NCBI GenBank assembly: GCA_017499595.2
Contig: CM039002.1
Location: 2,046,001-2,110,000, forward strand
Source of the DNA: Psilocybe cubensis
Lineage: Eukaryota
Length of the DNA stretch: 64,000 nt
Direction of reading: 5' to 3'
The position numbers were made by a program, and so were the translations under genes. The stretch's first letter is position 1, and every line of letters starts with the position of its first letter. Positions 22,957-36,118 of this stretch are shown piece by piece. The notes under the pieces are model-generated. The model had not been told where the DNA came from, made no database searches, and saw only the letters and a list, made by a program, of their open reading frames with translations.

Positions 22957-25022
22957 TCAAAGGAAAGAAAGCATGACGACTTCTGTTTCTTGAATATCGA
23001 CACCGTCAGAAACACTGGCGGTTTCGACCTGCAGGCTCCCAGAAACTCTTGCGTCGCTTGTTTCATAGGTCTGACCACCCCAAGTTAAGCCAGTGGTATC
23101 ATCGGCGTGGCTATGTAATAGGAAAAGTTTTACGCTTAGCTGTATATTATTTTATCGACAAGGGTGAAAAACTCACGGAACAAAGAGACGCTTAACAGTC
23201 ATCTCTGTTGGTGCACCACTACCCGAAATAGCCAGATCAACATGAGTGCTAGTGCGATTGGTCTTATCTGTCGTGAAAAACGCCTGCGAGTTGATTAAAA
23301 TGGCTCGCGCCAATGTATCTTCCTCGTAAAAGGCATATCCAGAGATTCGTGCATTATTGATCGACAACTCGACTGCTCGTGTGTTGCCTGTGCTTCCAAT
23401 GGCCTCGCCAGCAATGATAGCTGCGTAGTATTGGGGCTGGATGTGGGGTGGTAAAGGCGTTGCGAGAGGTGAACCATCCAAAGTGGAACGTGTCAGGGTG
23501 AGTGGTTGGATCTAGAATAACGAAGCTCAATATATATCCCTGTACCTGGACAATTCACAACCTACCAGGTTGTATTTGAAGCCAATGCCCTCATGGAAGA
23601 ACACCCTAGAAATACCGATCTGGGTTCTATCGTCTCAAACTCAGCTTTGCAGTTTCAGCTGACATGAGCGAATTTACATACGCAAATAAAAGGTAATCCA
23701 ATGTCCACAATGCAGCGCCTGCAGTATTGCTAACTCCGGGAGCACCCTAAATGAGTTACAGGTGTTATTAAGCAACACAGTAGCACCACAAAGGCATGGA
23801 CTCACATGACATGAGTAACTGTTGGTCTCGCCGAGGACATAATCCAGACCCTTTGCGTGGGTAGCACTAATATCAGGGGTAAATTGTGTAAGATTGCTTC
23901 TTATAGTGCTCTTGGTCATTAAATCTTGCAAAAGACCTCCACTTCCGGAACAGAACGATCCACTGTAGCGATGCTCAGAAATACTAAGAGATAATGTCAG
24001 TTGCTTAAACTACCATGAAGAGGCAAAAACGCTCACGTAGATATAAGAGCACCTGGAGCCGAGGACAGTATACCTTCGCTGAAGATAGCTTGAGGAGAGA
24101 ACCCGGACGTAGAGTGAGAGGATCCAGCAAAGGCAGCGCCCCAGAACTTAGGGGATGATGAAGACAACGAAAGCTGAGCGGCTGCTGTGACATTTGTCGC
24201 GAACTGAATCCACCTATGAGAAACGCAATCCAAGCGTAGGTTGAGTCCCAAGGCCTTTTGCCCGCTTGAGGTTGCTTCTGAAGACACTCACTCTTTGACG
24301 TATTGTGTTGATGTATACGTACTGCTTCTAAGTCCGTTATTCGAGTATAAATCGGCTTCGTTGCCAATCTCGATTGCGTCGAGTGTGATGCCGGAATCTT
24401 TGATAGGTGATGACGCAAAGGCTTTAACTAGGGACTTCGCTTCTAGGAATGCTGCAGTCACATTATTCTGACCGAGATTTAGTCCCCAAATGACGTGAGT
24501 ATCTACCAAAGAGGATAAAATATGAGATAAAAAAAGACGAGCAGTGAGAATGAGACTAACTTGGTGGGAGAAATTGTGCCGCCTCGTAAAATCCATCGCC
24601 AACGATGATGCTTGAGGCCTCGGGATATGGAACAGTGGCGCTTATGGCAGGGAAGGTGGCTTGTGAGAACTGTGTACCATTGGTTTCAGCGCAATGGAGA
24701 TGAAATAATGATCGCCTACCTGTACGTTCTCCGAAAAGTCTGTATGATCCTCACTGTTCGCTCCAATTCTGATCTGTGGTGGCTCTCCAGTAAGTGCTCT
24801 CAAGTTGTCGAGAGTGTTAAAGAAAAATTGATTTCTCGAAGTTGTCCCAACCCAATCTGTCCAGCGATCTTGTTCAATAGAGAATGATACTAAAGAGGGT
24901 GAAATGACTGGGGCCGTCGAAGGGGCGACGAGAGGGATGGAAACGTTAACATCAGCGCAAAGGGAACGCTGAACAACAGCCAAGAGAAGCAATAAATGCT
25001 GCGGGTAAGAGAGACTAGGCAT
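22957..25022 (-). CDS. Secreted glycoside hydrolase family 79 (beta-glucuronidase-like)
   Basis: Signal peptide, SFSIEQDRW, IRIGANSED, acid/base motif EIGNEADLY, nucleophile motif LGETNS, FHEGIGFKYN and a C-terminal domain ending TWGGQTYE. Confidence 0.92.
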
Positions 25023-25955
25023 GTTAGCAACTGGAGGAAAAAGTTCAAAAGACGCGACCTTTATATAAAGTAAACTACCGAATGGGCTAGCTTTGGGCTA
25101 GCTAATAGCATGTTTCAGGAATGCTTTTCGGGAGCCCACATGATGCAAGCAAAAGAAGATCCAGCAGTAACCGCCTACGCCAGTAGAACCTTTTTAGAGA
25201 TTCCTTCCTGTATAATGATTGAATGCGAGATGTATTTGAGATCATCACCCTGACTGGCAACCTGATTCAGATGACCCGCATCGATTGAAGGTAAAGCCCC
25301 TGATGGTGATCGTTTGTATAGCTGTCATCATAAAAATATGCTGCATCAAGTAGGAATAGAGAGGAAACATGAAAAAGTGATTCGACATGGCTTCCATCAT
25401 GATAATGCAAGTGGTTAATCTGACTTGCTGGCCTTTGGGCCTGAGATTAAAGGCCATATTCATCTGGGAAGCTCCTTTTTGTTCAATGTCCACGGTTGTT
25501 GCATGTATAGCGACGGTCATGACGTGGATTTCACATAGAAAGCGAAGTGGTATGTAACATGCTCCGAGTCAGCCCATCGACAGTGTCCAGATCCGAGCCT
25601 GAAGCTAGTCTATCTTGTTGGAGACTGCTTCGACCCGGAGCTGTTTCAAAACATAAGAAGGCAAAATAAAGTGTGGCTTTGGAACATGAGCTACATCATG
25701 AAGATGGTTCAAATTCATAGAAGAAGGGATTTGGAAGGGAAACAGGGTCATGACACCAAAGTTATTTTTATCCAACGGTCATGGCAAACACTTTTGGCCA
25801 AAATCTAACGACCTTGTACGTTGTAGGCTTGTCATGCCAACTTTTCCAACTCCTTTTTCATAACTTGAAAGTTTTATGAACCCTTGATCTTCTCTGCCTT
25901 CAGTTTCTGTCCTTTTGCTACGTGGCTCGCCTATTTAATTGCTTGCTTGCTAAAA

Positions 25956-27151
25956 ATGAGACTTGCTAGCTTAGTTCCATTTATTCCTGCCGATCTCGTT
26001 GCCTCCCTCGAAGCCCATGGTATTCGCACGGAATTCGATTTGCTTTTCTCAGCCTCTACGTTCGACATCTATAAGCGTTTGCCAGCGAACACCGTCACAT
26101 TCCAAGAGCTGATTGACTATACTTCCCTCGTTGCGGAACACTGTGCTGCCCCTGGGATATCAGGTCAAGAGATCTTTCGACTCGAGAAACTTGCTTCCTC
26201 GGAATATAGCGAACTCCAAAGTGGGTGTGCGAGTCTTGACGCTCTTCTCCATGGTTTAGGTGGTAGGAAAGTGCTTGAAATCTCGGGCGATAAAGGGACT
26301 GGTAAATCTGTGCGCTCTCAGGAGGTTGATTAAATATCTTCATGTGTGATAATCCTATACGTGTCCAGACCCTCGCTTTAAGTCTGCTTTTACACCATGT
26401 GAAATGCTCTCCTGCCAATAAGGCCGTCTGGATCGATACTACTGGGGAATTCTCACTAGAAAAGGCTACTCAATTAATAAATGCTTTTCAGGTTTGGTGC
26501 ATTTGTCGCTTTTCATTTTAGCATTAATTTACATAACTTACTCAGATGCCTCCAACAACCCTTGAACGAGTGGAAGTTTCTTTGGCATTTGACATTGATG
26601 GTGCTCGAGCTTTATTTGAAGAAATCAACCTAAGGGCAGAGGTATGCTAAGCGTTGTTTATCGCATTTCACAGACCTCGTCCTCAAGTTGCGTACAGATC
26701 AAATTCCTCGTAATTGACACTATAACACCTCTTCTTGGACCTCTTCTTAGTGCAGCCTCGGCTCAAGGTCATGCTATTATGACTGAGTTCATGCAGCAAC
26801 TTCAGTCGTTTTCCCAGTCGTTTGGTGCCTCGGTTCTTGTGGGTGCCCATAAATGAACAACGAAAGAGTTAAACCTTACGATACACAAGGTTATCAATAA
26901 TACAGTTAGCAAAGGACCCAATTCGCTTGAAAGAAAACCTGCCTTAGGTCCTTCTTTCGCCCTTATGCCAGATACGACACTATGGCTGCAAACGAGGTCC
27001 GATCCCGAATCAAGGGAAAATCTGCTACATTCCGTTCAAATTCTTAAATCACGCTCAAAAGTCCGTTGTATGTTTTATTGTCGTTTTTAACCATACTGAT
27101 TTGATTTCATAGCCCTCATCCGAACCATTGGATTTTCGTATTATGTTTTAA
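25956..27151 (+). CDS. RAD51 paralog (RAD51D-like RecA-fold protein)
   Basis: LQSGCASLDALLHG, Walker A EISGDKGTGKS, VWIDTTGEFS, Walker B FLVIDTI, GHAIM and KPALGPSF. Confidence 0.85.
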
Positions 27152-27644
27152 TCAAGGACAATCAAGCGTATACCAGGATATTTTCTTGATATAAAACTGG
27201 CATAAATTAGTGAAATTTCCACCAAATGCACGCGATTGATGTCGGGATTACCTCGTGAACATTATGTTCATCATTGGCGATGATAGTTGTTTTCCGGGAG
27301 GTGGTTTTGGGTGAGGGTTTGGTCAATATCTATCGTTTACACAACCTCATCTAGGCCATTTTTTCTAGAAGGCGCTTGATTCTTTCCTCTGTGTCATTTA
27401 TCTTGGAATATGATGCAATGCCATCTTCATCGTACCGCTAATTGTGCAATCATGCCGACTTTTCAGTCACGTTACCGCTGAATCGCGCAATACCTACTTT
27501 ACTTCGCGAGACTTCACGTCAATCATACGCAAAACTTCCGTTCTCATGAAGGCATAGAGACTGCTGACCTATTGTTTCCGTCGTCTTATTTATTTGTTCA
27601 TAAAGGGTGAACCACCCACTAATTCTCTCAGAAACATCCCAACT

Positions 27645-29313
27645 ATGGCACCGGTCGCAACCAACGAAGAAAAGCCACAAGAACGAAACACCGCTGCCTT
27701 GAAGGCCGCTACTCCAAAGGTCTTCAACCCATTTTATTCTCCTCCCAGTACAGAGTCGGCCGATGGGGATTATCCACATGCAGATCTCAAGGTCAGTCGA
27801 ATATTTCGGCGGTCTCGCGAAATTATGATATTGACTGGTGTCGTGTTGTGCAATGCAGCCCTATTTTCCAAACGTCTCATGGGAACCTCTGAAAGAGTTT
27901 GAGGTCGTCGACAGAGGCCTCTTTGCAGACCCCGAAAAGAAAAGCTTGTTTAGTGCCGCGACCAAAGTCAAGCATTTGACCCCCGCCATTGGGACAGAAA
28001 TTGAGGGAATTGATTTGAGACAGCTCTCTGACTCACAGAAAGATGAACTGTGAGTATCTACATGCTCACCTGACGCATAGGCCTTACCCAATACTGTCCC
28101 AGGGCTCTTCTCGTCGCCGAACGGGTTGTCGTCTGTCAGTCATTCTTGCCCATGCCATTCAAATTTCCCACTGGACTGACACGACTTTTCAGTTTTCCGC
28201 GATCAAGAAATTAATATTCACGAACAGCTTGAACTTGCACGTCATTTCGGCCCTCTTCATAAGCATGCTACTACACCCATTCCTCGAAACGGTCTCGAAG
28301 AAGTTCATGGTGCGCAATTTTGCTATATGGTTGATGGAGAGCTGCTAAAGCTTGTAATTATAGTCGTCTATAATGACGCCAGTCGTCGACCGGATCCTAC
28401 ATCATTTTCCAAATTAGAATTGTGGCATTCTGATGTAAGGATACAATAATCTGCCAGAAAATTCAAACACTCATGCTTTCTGATTTAGGTGACCTACGAG
28501 CTTCAACCTCCTAGCACCACTTCCTTGAAAGTTATCACTGGTCCTGAAGTTGGCGGCGACACTCTATGGAGCTCGGGGTATGTATTTTCGGTATTGTTAT
28601 TTTTACTGGCAATTCTAAATACATCATTTGGTAGTTATGCCCTGTATTCTTCACTGAGCCCAGGGTTCCAAAAATATCTGGAAGGCCTCTATGCTGTACA
28701 CAGTGCTACTGCCCAGGCCGATGGAAATAGAGCAGCTGGGCTCCCTGTTCGTCGACAGGAAATCGATACTGTTCATCCTGTTGTCCGTGTGCACCCTGTA
28801 ACAGGCTGGAAGAGCGTATATGTCAACCCTGGTAAGTCTGTCATCCTATGGAATAATATATCGTATATTTAAACTCTTGTGAATAGGGTTCACACGAAGA
28901 ATTGTTGGTGTCCCCAAGGCAGAATCAGACGCCATCCTCAATCTCCTATTCCGACAAATCAGTGAAAACCCTGACTTCCAAGTCCGCTTCAAATGGGAGG
29001 TTAACTCAGTCGCTTTCTGGGACAACAGGGTACGTGCACCCCTATCTACTTGGAAATTTCACGAGATCGTCGATCCTAATTCGTTGTTGTCTAGGTTGCG
29101 ACTCATTCAGCGACATTCGACTTTTGGCCTGCTACCCGTCATGCCCTGCGCGCCACACCGCATGGCGAGAGGCCCATATCGGTCGAAGACTACGAGCGAA
29201 CGACAGGAAAAGAAGCCAAGGACAGGCAAATAGAAATATGGAAGCAGCAGGGAATCACAGTTGAATTGAACACGAAGCCCAAATCCGCAAAGGCACGAGG
29301 CTACAACGACTGA
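27645..29313 (+). CDS. TauD/TfdA alpha-ketoglutarate-dependent sulfonate dioxygenase (Jlp1-like)
   Basis: LTPAIGTEI, FFRDQ, WHSDVTYE, GGDTLW, HPVVRVHPVTG and WDNRVATH...RHALR. Confidence 0.95.
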
Positions 29314-30900
29314 ACGGGGCAGCCCATCTCGAGCTGAAGCTCAGAGGCGTCGAGTTCGAGTTCGTGATCGCGTTAACAGCGATGATTATCTCGATGTGCA
29401 ATGAAAAAACTGTAACTGTATGTGCGTGTAAAGTAGTGGACAGCATACCCGTCGCGTAAAAGTGTATCTACAATCTCGAATCTGTTGAAATCATTGCAAA
29501 CATTCATCTGGTCGTGTCGTTCGTTGTCGATTTCATTCATCGAACACCACAGGGGGAAGGCGTTCGGAATTAGATTACCGGACCGTCATCGATGTCGTCA
29601 GAGGACCCATGATCACGGCGGGTACATAAAGGGAAACGGTACACCGAGAAGTATTCATGCAAGTCGCAGAACAGGACCAAGAAACTGCGGCACAGCTGAG
29701 TGTGGGTCCTAAGGTCCCTACATGTACAACCCATAAAAGCAAATCTATGTAAAGCCACAACTTCTACCCAAAAAAACCAGTGCAGAAATACCAAGGCCTC
29801 GGCCAATTCAGTTTTGTCCAGTCATGATTGAATCGCATACTCAAGCCGTGTCTGGCAATGTCACCAACTGCCGAAGAGAGATATTATTACACCAACACAG
29901 CTTCACACCCTGTCCGGAAGAGTCTAAGTTCGAAGTATAGTAAATATTGTACATGCAGAGTGCCTTGATCTGGTGATCGCCCCCGGGACTTGGATAGGGG
30001 CCAGCCGCCTCCCTGGCTGTCGATGTGTTGCTCCGCGTTTATTTAACCGATCTCAATATGATAAAGGGTTCGCAGTTTAACTTTTTTTTTCTAGCCTAGT
30101 GAGATCTCCCTCGGACTCGGAGGAAACAGACAAATGGCGCTTGGTGGCAGTGGCGGGGCGGGGTCTGTGGGAGCTGAAGATGCCGCATAGCTGATTCTAC
30201 TACTATTTCCAGTCATGGCTCTTTGTCTAGATGCCAAGTTTAGACGCCGAAAGAAAAGGAGCCATCTTCATCTGGTCAATTGTTTTTTTGCTGATGGACT
30301 GGCACTGCAGTGTGGGGAGGAAGTCGGAGACTCGGAGCGACAGAGACCATGGGGTTAAAGAACGGAGTGATCAGTGAAAGGAGGACGATGATTATTCGGG
30401 GGTATGTAGTATCGGGAGCATGGCTAGCAGGTACAATGGGCAAATTGTGGAAAGGTGTTGACTACAGTGAGAATTGAGATAAAAAAGTGACGTATATGCA
30501 AGACGGGTCGAAAGAAGGGGTAAAAATAAGTACAACCACAGTGTATCGAAATGCAAGCAGGAAGAAACCGGGATGTTATTGCAGAAGTAATAAAGTATGC
30601 GTGTTGAATGCAAAAGAGATGTATGCTTGAAGCTGTATAGAGGCTATCGCAGACGGGCCTGCACTCTGTTGGGTGATGTGTTGAAGTAATGAATGCAGAA
30701 GACGCGAAAATGAGGAAAGTAAAATCTGTACAAATAAAAGCAAGGATGTGCATGCAGACAAAGCAATACGCCACAATAAGCGACGAAATCAGTTAGAACA
30801 GTCTAAAGTAATTAGCTGAGAGCAAAGGCTGGGTACATTGACAAATAGATATAAGTTGGGGGGATGGTATAGGAATAGAAAGCAGGCTAAACCACCACTT

Positions 30901-33574
30901 TCAACGCGAAGGGGCACTATGTTGAGATCCTCTTATAAAGGACTGATGCTGTAAATGTTCAGGAGCTGCATATAACCGTGGTGTAGACGAAGTTGACCAA
31001 GGCGGCTGAGGCGGCAGCGAAGGAGGTGGCATGCTATTATGCGACTGAGGAGGCGGAGGCGCCCGCGAAGATTCGCTGCTCATCGTCGACGAGCTCTGTT
31101 CCGTCGTTGGTGCCATCATGTTCATGAGTTGGAACGTGCTCTGGTGATGCTGTTGTGGCGTCTGTTGTTTGACCTCCGCAGGTGATGCAGGCTCGGACGG
31201 GTGCGACCGCGATTGAGCTTGTTTCGACCGCGAGGGTTTGTCTATCTCAGCTGCGCGAGCTGAGGCACGCAGCGTTTCCATGTCGATTTGCGGTGCCTCA
31301 CCATTAGCCCCATTTTTGTCTCTTTTGCGCATGAGCTTCGCGTAATCTACATAATGGCGACGGGCATCAGTCAGACGCTCAGATGTCACATTTGACAAAT
31401 ATTTGAAAAAAAGACGTACGAAGCCCACAAGCATTGCAAAGTGTTCTTGCCCCGTCGGGACCCCGCCGCCATTCAGGCGTCTCTCTGATGTTACATGAAT
31501 GGCACTTGCCCGGAGGTGTTGCCCGCTGTTCAGACAAAAGACGCGGATAGAATTCAGTGTTGAGAAAAGAGTTGCCTGAGACCAGACAATGGACTCACAC
31601 TTCGCTTCCTATACTTGCTTTTCGGTTGCCCAGGAGGCCCATTTGTCCCTGCCGTTGTAGTAGCACGTTTTGTTCGGATGAGCTCCATATCTTGCTCTGC
31701 CGTTGTTTGAGGTTTGACATCCCCTCCGGAGGCATATTGCTGCTAAAAAAAAAGGATACAACATTAGGGTACTTTTAAAGAGAAGAATGGATGGACAACC
31801 CACTTCGGGAAAGGAGCTTTGTTCATTTTGTGTAACATCATCCTGTGAAATGTCCTCCCATGGACGTTTAGGAGGTCGGGGATCATCCGGAGATTCCTGC
31901 ATTGGTTCGGGTGCACTCATCCTACTTTGATCAGTCTCCGGAGCATTGGCACGCTTCGTTTCCTCCAATAAGCGAACGAGTTCCTGAGCGAGACGGAGCA
32001 TGTCCTCTAATTCACCCTGCGAAGGCTGGGGCGGAGGCACATGTTGCCTCTGTATGTCCCCTACGAGACATTCCAATCAATACACGCCCGAAACAAGTAC
32101 TCGAACGGGTTCTCACCCCATCGATAAGCAAAGTTGTACAATGTCGAACAATGATTGCTAATCTAAAAGAGGTGTTAGGCTTCGTTCGAGAGGGAAGCCG
32201 AAACTAATTAGAACATACCTCCGACATTGTGTCGCCCGGGCGAGCAAGAGGGGGCGGAGGTGGAGCTCTTTCGGGTTCGCTTGAAGGGTATGACGATCGG
32301 GTGTCAATGTTAGTTGGTACGATTGCAGTTGTCCGGGCAAACGGGATCTGCTGCTGCTGTTGCTGCTGTTGAGGTGGTGGCTGATAATGATGGGGCGGCT
32401 GCGGCGGTGGTGGCTGAGGAGGGGCATGCTGCTGGATTTGTTGTTGGGGCGGAGGAGGTTGAGGAGCGTGTTGTAGGTGATGCGGAGATACTCCGTAAGA
32501 GGGATTAGAAGTTATAGGAGGAGGCTGTTGTTGTTGATGCGGTGGAATATGAGAAGGGTGTTGCTGTACATGGTGTTGCTGCTGCTGTTGCTGCGGTGGG
32601 GGTGGAGGTTGCTGCTGCTGCTGGGGTGGTGGAGGTTGTTGGTGTGAAGGATGTTGAGGAGGGGGAGGAGCGTGTTGAGGTTGCTGACTCCATGGACCTT
32701 GAGGAGGCGGCGCCGGAGGTGGAGGGCCAGGTGATGGATAGGGATTTGAATGTGTAGGGTGAGGATGCGTTGGATGCTGTTGGTGCATGACCGGAGGTCG
32801 AGGTTGCATGTACTGCTGTTGCTGGTATGTAGTATAGGAAGGAGGTATCGAATGGTGCTGCATCTGTTCATGAGATACTGGAGGCGGCGCTGGAGGTGCT
32901 GGCTGGGCGTTGTGGGGCGGAGGACCGGGTACAGCAGGATACGCGACGGGCGGTGCTGCATACTGCTGATAGGATACGGGTGGTGCATAATGAGACTGTA
33001 AAACGGAACGCGTCGTAAGTAAAAAATCAAAGTAAATAGTTCACCGGAAATAAACCACATTGTTTTGTGCACGCACATCCCGAGCAGCGATCGTTTCCGT
33101 GAGATTCCGTCGTTTTGTGGCTTGAGTAGGTTGAATAGGCGAATGGGGGATGTCTTCGTTGCGTAGATTAGTGATGTTGACCGAGGCAGGAGCCGGCTGG
33201 GTCTGTGCGGAGAGGGGAATGCCTGGGTGGGCATAACCGCCATTTTCGTGTTTTGACGGATACTCTACTTTAGGAGTTGCTTCATGGCCAGCAGACAAGG
33301 GAGGAGTATGCTGCTGCTGGTGGGGATGGGACTGAACTGAAGCAGCAGAAGGGTTTGTAGGTTGTACTGAACGACCCCATGAGGTTGTTTGATGCCTAGG
33401 GTGGTCCTGTTGCTGGGGTACTAGCTCTGTCGGGGGCGGCGGTTGGGAGGTGCCGCTTGGAGAGCGATACTGGAAGTTGAGGTCCTTGAGAGAGGGAAGA
33501 CGAAAATCGCTCTGAGAACTCTGGGGAACGGTGGGGAGAGAATATCTAGAGTGATGCTGGTGGGCAGAGGCCAT
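30901..33574 (-). CDS. GATA zinc-finger transcription factor (NsdD/Gat201-like) with Q/P-rich regions
   Basis: [29 protein letters not shown] near 31425-31510, preceded by a basic stretch; poly-Q/P tract at 32340-32850. Confidence 0.92.
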
Positions 33575-36118
33575 AGCAGAGGTGGATCGGCTAGACAGAG
33601 ATTGAGATCAGAAGTGACCTTGGTTTTGAATCTGAGTTGTCAGTTCTATCTCCCGATGACGACGGATCTTGGACGGCGAGATACGTCGTGGCTAGCACAG
33701 ACCTGGCTGCACCACGAGACTGCAGAGAACACAACGAAAAGAAAGAAAAGCAACGAAAAGAAAAGAAGAGGATGTTAGTTGTAAAGGTTCAAGGAGGAAG
33801 AGTCGCCAGGATTTCATTCACTGCCATCTTCCAGAGCGGAGTCCTAATTTGAACACACCGCCATATCGAGCGACTCGTTCATCCTCGCCACATCCTCATG
33901 TTTTTCTCCAGCTGCAATGTCGTGCTTATTTCTTTTCTCTTTGTCTTCTTGTTTTTTCAACTCTCTTTCTGCCATCGGGCCTCTCTTCCTCGATGCGATC
34001 TGCCTTTCAACCACCATTACGTACTCCCTGAAATAGAAATGCTGCCGCCAGATCACCTCTTGGTCTCTCTTTTCCCCCAGTCTCTCGTCTTTTGCGCAGC
34101 AACTTTATACTTGACTCTCATCCATTTCCTCGCCGCCTCCCTGCAGCGGTCCACGTGGAATATCATGGAGATGTTCCTGATCAGGGTCAAATGCATGATC
34201 TATTCCTTCCAAGATCATTCTCAGATGCATGTTCATCAGGGAACTTACCGAATCTGTAAACCAAGATTCCACGCAATCCCCACCTTTGCGCATTGTTCAC
34301 CCATCCTTTCGAACTTTGTCTTTTCGCATTTCTATTCTTCCAGTTCTATTGCATGTATATATGCGCTCTCTTCTTTCTCGCTTTTGTTCTAATCGATCCA
34401 CCCAAAGATCTCAAAAGGGGCGCTTATTTATTCAACCCATCATATTTCTCCCGTGCTTCATCGATAAGGCCCAGATTGGCTCAAAATTAGCCTACCGTTT
34501 CTCCAATTAGATTCCCAACACAGATCAAGCTCATCGGCCAATAGTTACCGGAAGTGCACCATGGTTCTGGTGCAAATCGTTCTGTGTACTCATCGTACCA
34601 CCTTTGCCTCATTCTGCATACGTCTATCCGTCACAATTGGGAGTCTAAGATTCTGGGGTATCTCTGCTGGTTCTGTGATGCTACAATTTCTTTGCCAAAA
34701 TCCCAAATCACATTCTCCCAAGCACTCCCAAGCCCCAGTCGTGCCGCAAAAATCGGATGCCGCATCCTATGTTTACTATATGGCCAACATACCAGAACAG
34801 TGGGTCTGCTGACTTTACCTCGCTTCTCGGTCTTTGAGATTTCCTCTTTAGGGCTTTCCATCGCTGCCTATCTCACTCACTTGACTTCATTTGATCAAAA
34901 ACTGTATCATATCACAGTTTTGGATCCCCATACGGCTATTCAATGACATAGTTCAATGCAAACACAGAGGTCATCAAACTTATGCCAATAGCCCGCTCAA
35001 CGCTCGTCGTCAGAATAAATGTATAACGTATACATTGCACAGCTTACTCTGGACACCTATGTGAACGCCGTTCTGAACCCATGGTTTGTCAATCTTCTAT
35101 GTACACGCTTTGGGAACACTGACAAAGATTGAAGGCACGTTTGATTTTGACGGAATACAGATCGCTATCACCTATTTGAAGGAGTATCTCGAGCCTGTAT
35201 CCCGAGGTGGAGGCAGTGTTTAGTTTAATAGCTGTCGAGATAACCTTCGAGAGGGTTGGGCCTCCTCGAACTGTATCAATTAATGTGTGGGATCAACCAA
35301 GATCTCCGAATGGCATGTTTATCCCATCGCTACAATCGGACGCTTCACGGATCGTATCGACTACCGAGGTGGTAAGAATTTTACGCAATGATAAATCCGT
35401 TATCAGCTACGCTTGACGTACAAATATCATTTACGTCTAAGGACACCCTTTCATGTTCGTTGAAAATCCTCCCGGATCGAGGCAACGAGTTGGTCTGCAC
35501 AAGGATATTGAAGTCCAACGCACACTCCCTTCTATCGAGAAATCTGCGGTACTATTCTAACAACAGCAGGATCCTACAAACTCAACTTGAATACTCTCAA
35601 ATCTACTGAAGGCTTAATAACAGTGCACGGTAAAGGTTTGAAATAATTCATTCAACTCCGCAGAATCACAACGACAGCACTCTGAAATCATTTCAGTAGA
35701 TCCAAACGTGTTTCATTAAAAATCAAAAGTTGAGCCCCATCAGAGGCTTTGCGAGGCGCATATCGATACGAAACGCGCGACGCGTCGCGCCATACCCGTT
35801 CAATCCGCGTGACCTTAAATTAAAAGCGGGTACTACCAAATAGGGAAAGAGCACAACCGCCAAGCCCCGACGCGTTTGTCATTTCCATTTTTTGGCGACT
35901 CTTTGCTCTCCGCTTACAAAAAGCAATTTTGACAAACTCCAAAGTGTGATTGTCCATTGCACAACCAACTTTCTTGTCTGCCCCTTTGCTGTCATACATT
36001 ACACATAAACTGATTACCGCGTTGTTGTACTATTAACGGACTTTTTTTTTGTGAAAGGCGGCCACTGGTGATCACCACCACACAAAGGGTTTTCTGAGTC
36101 ACATTTCACGTTATAGAA

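Noticed and set aside
33600-35650. Many short ORFs upstream of the GATA gene
   Set aside because: No recognisable domain or consistent exon chain; more likely a long regulatory region, possibly with decayed fragments.
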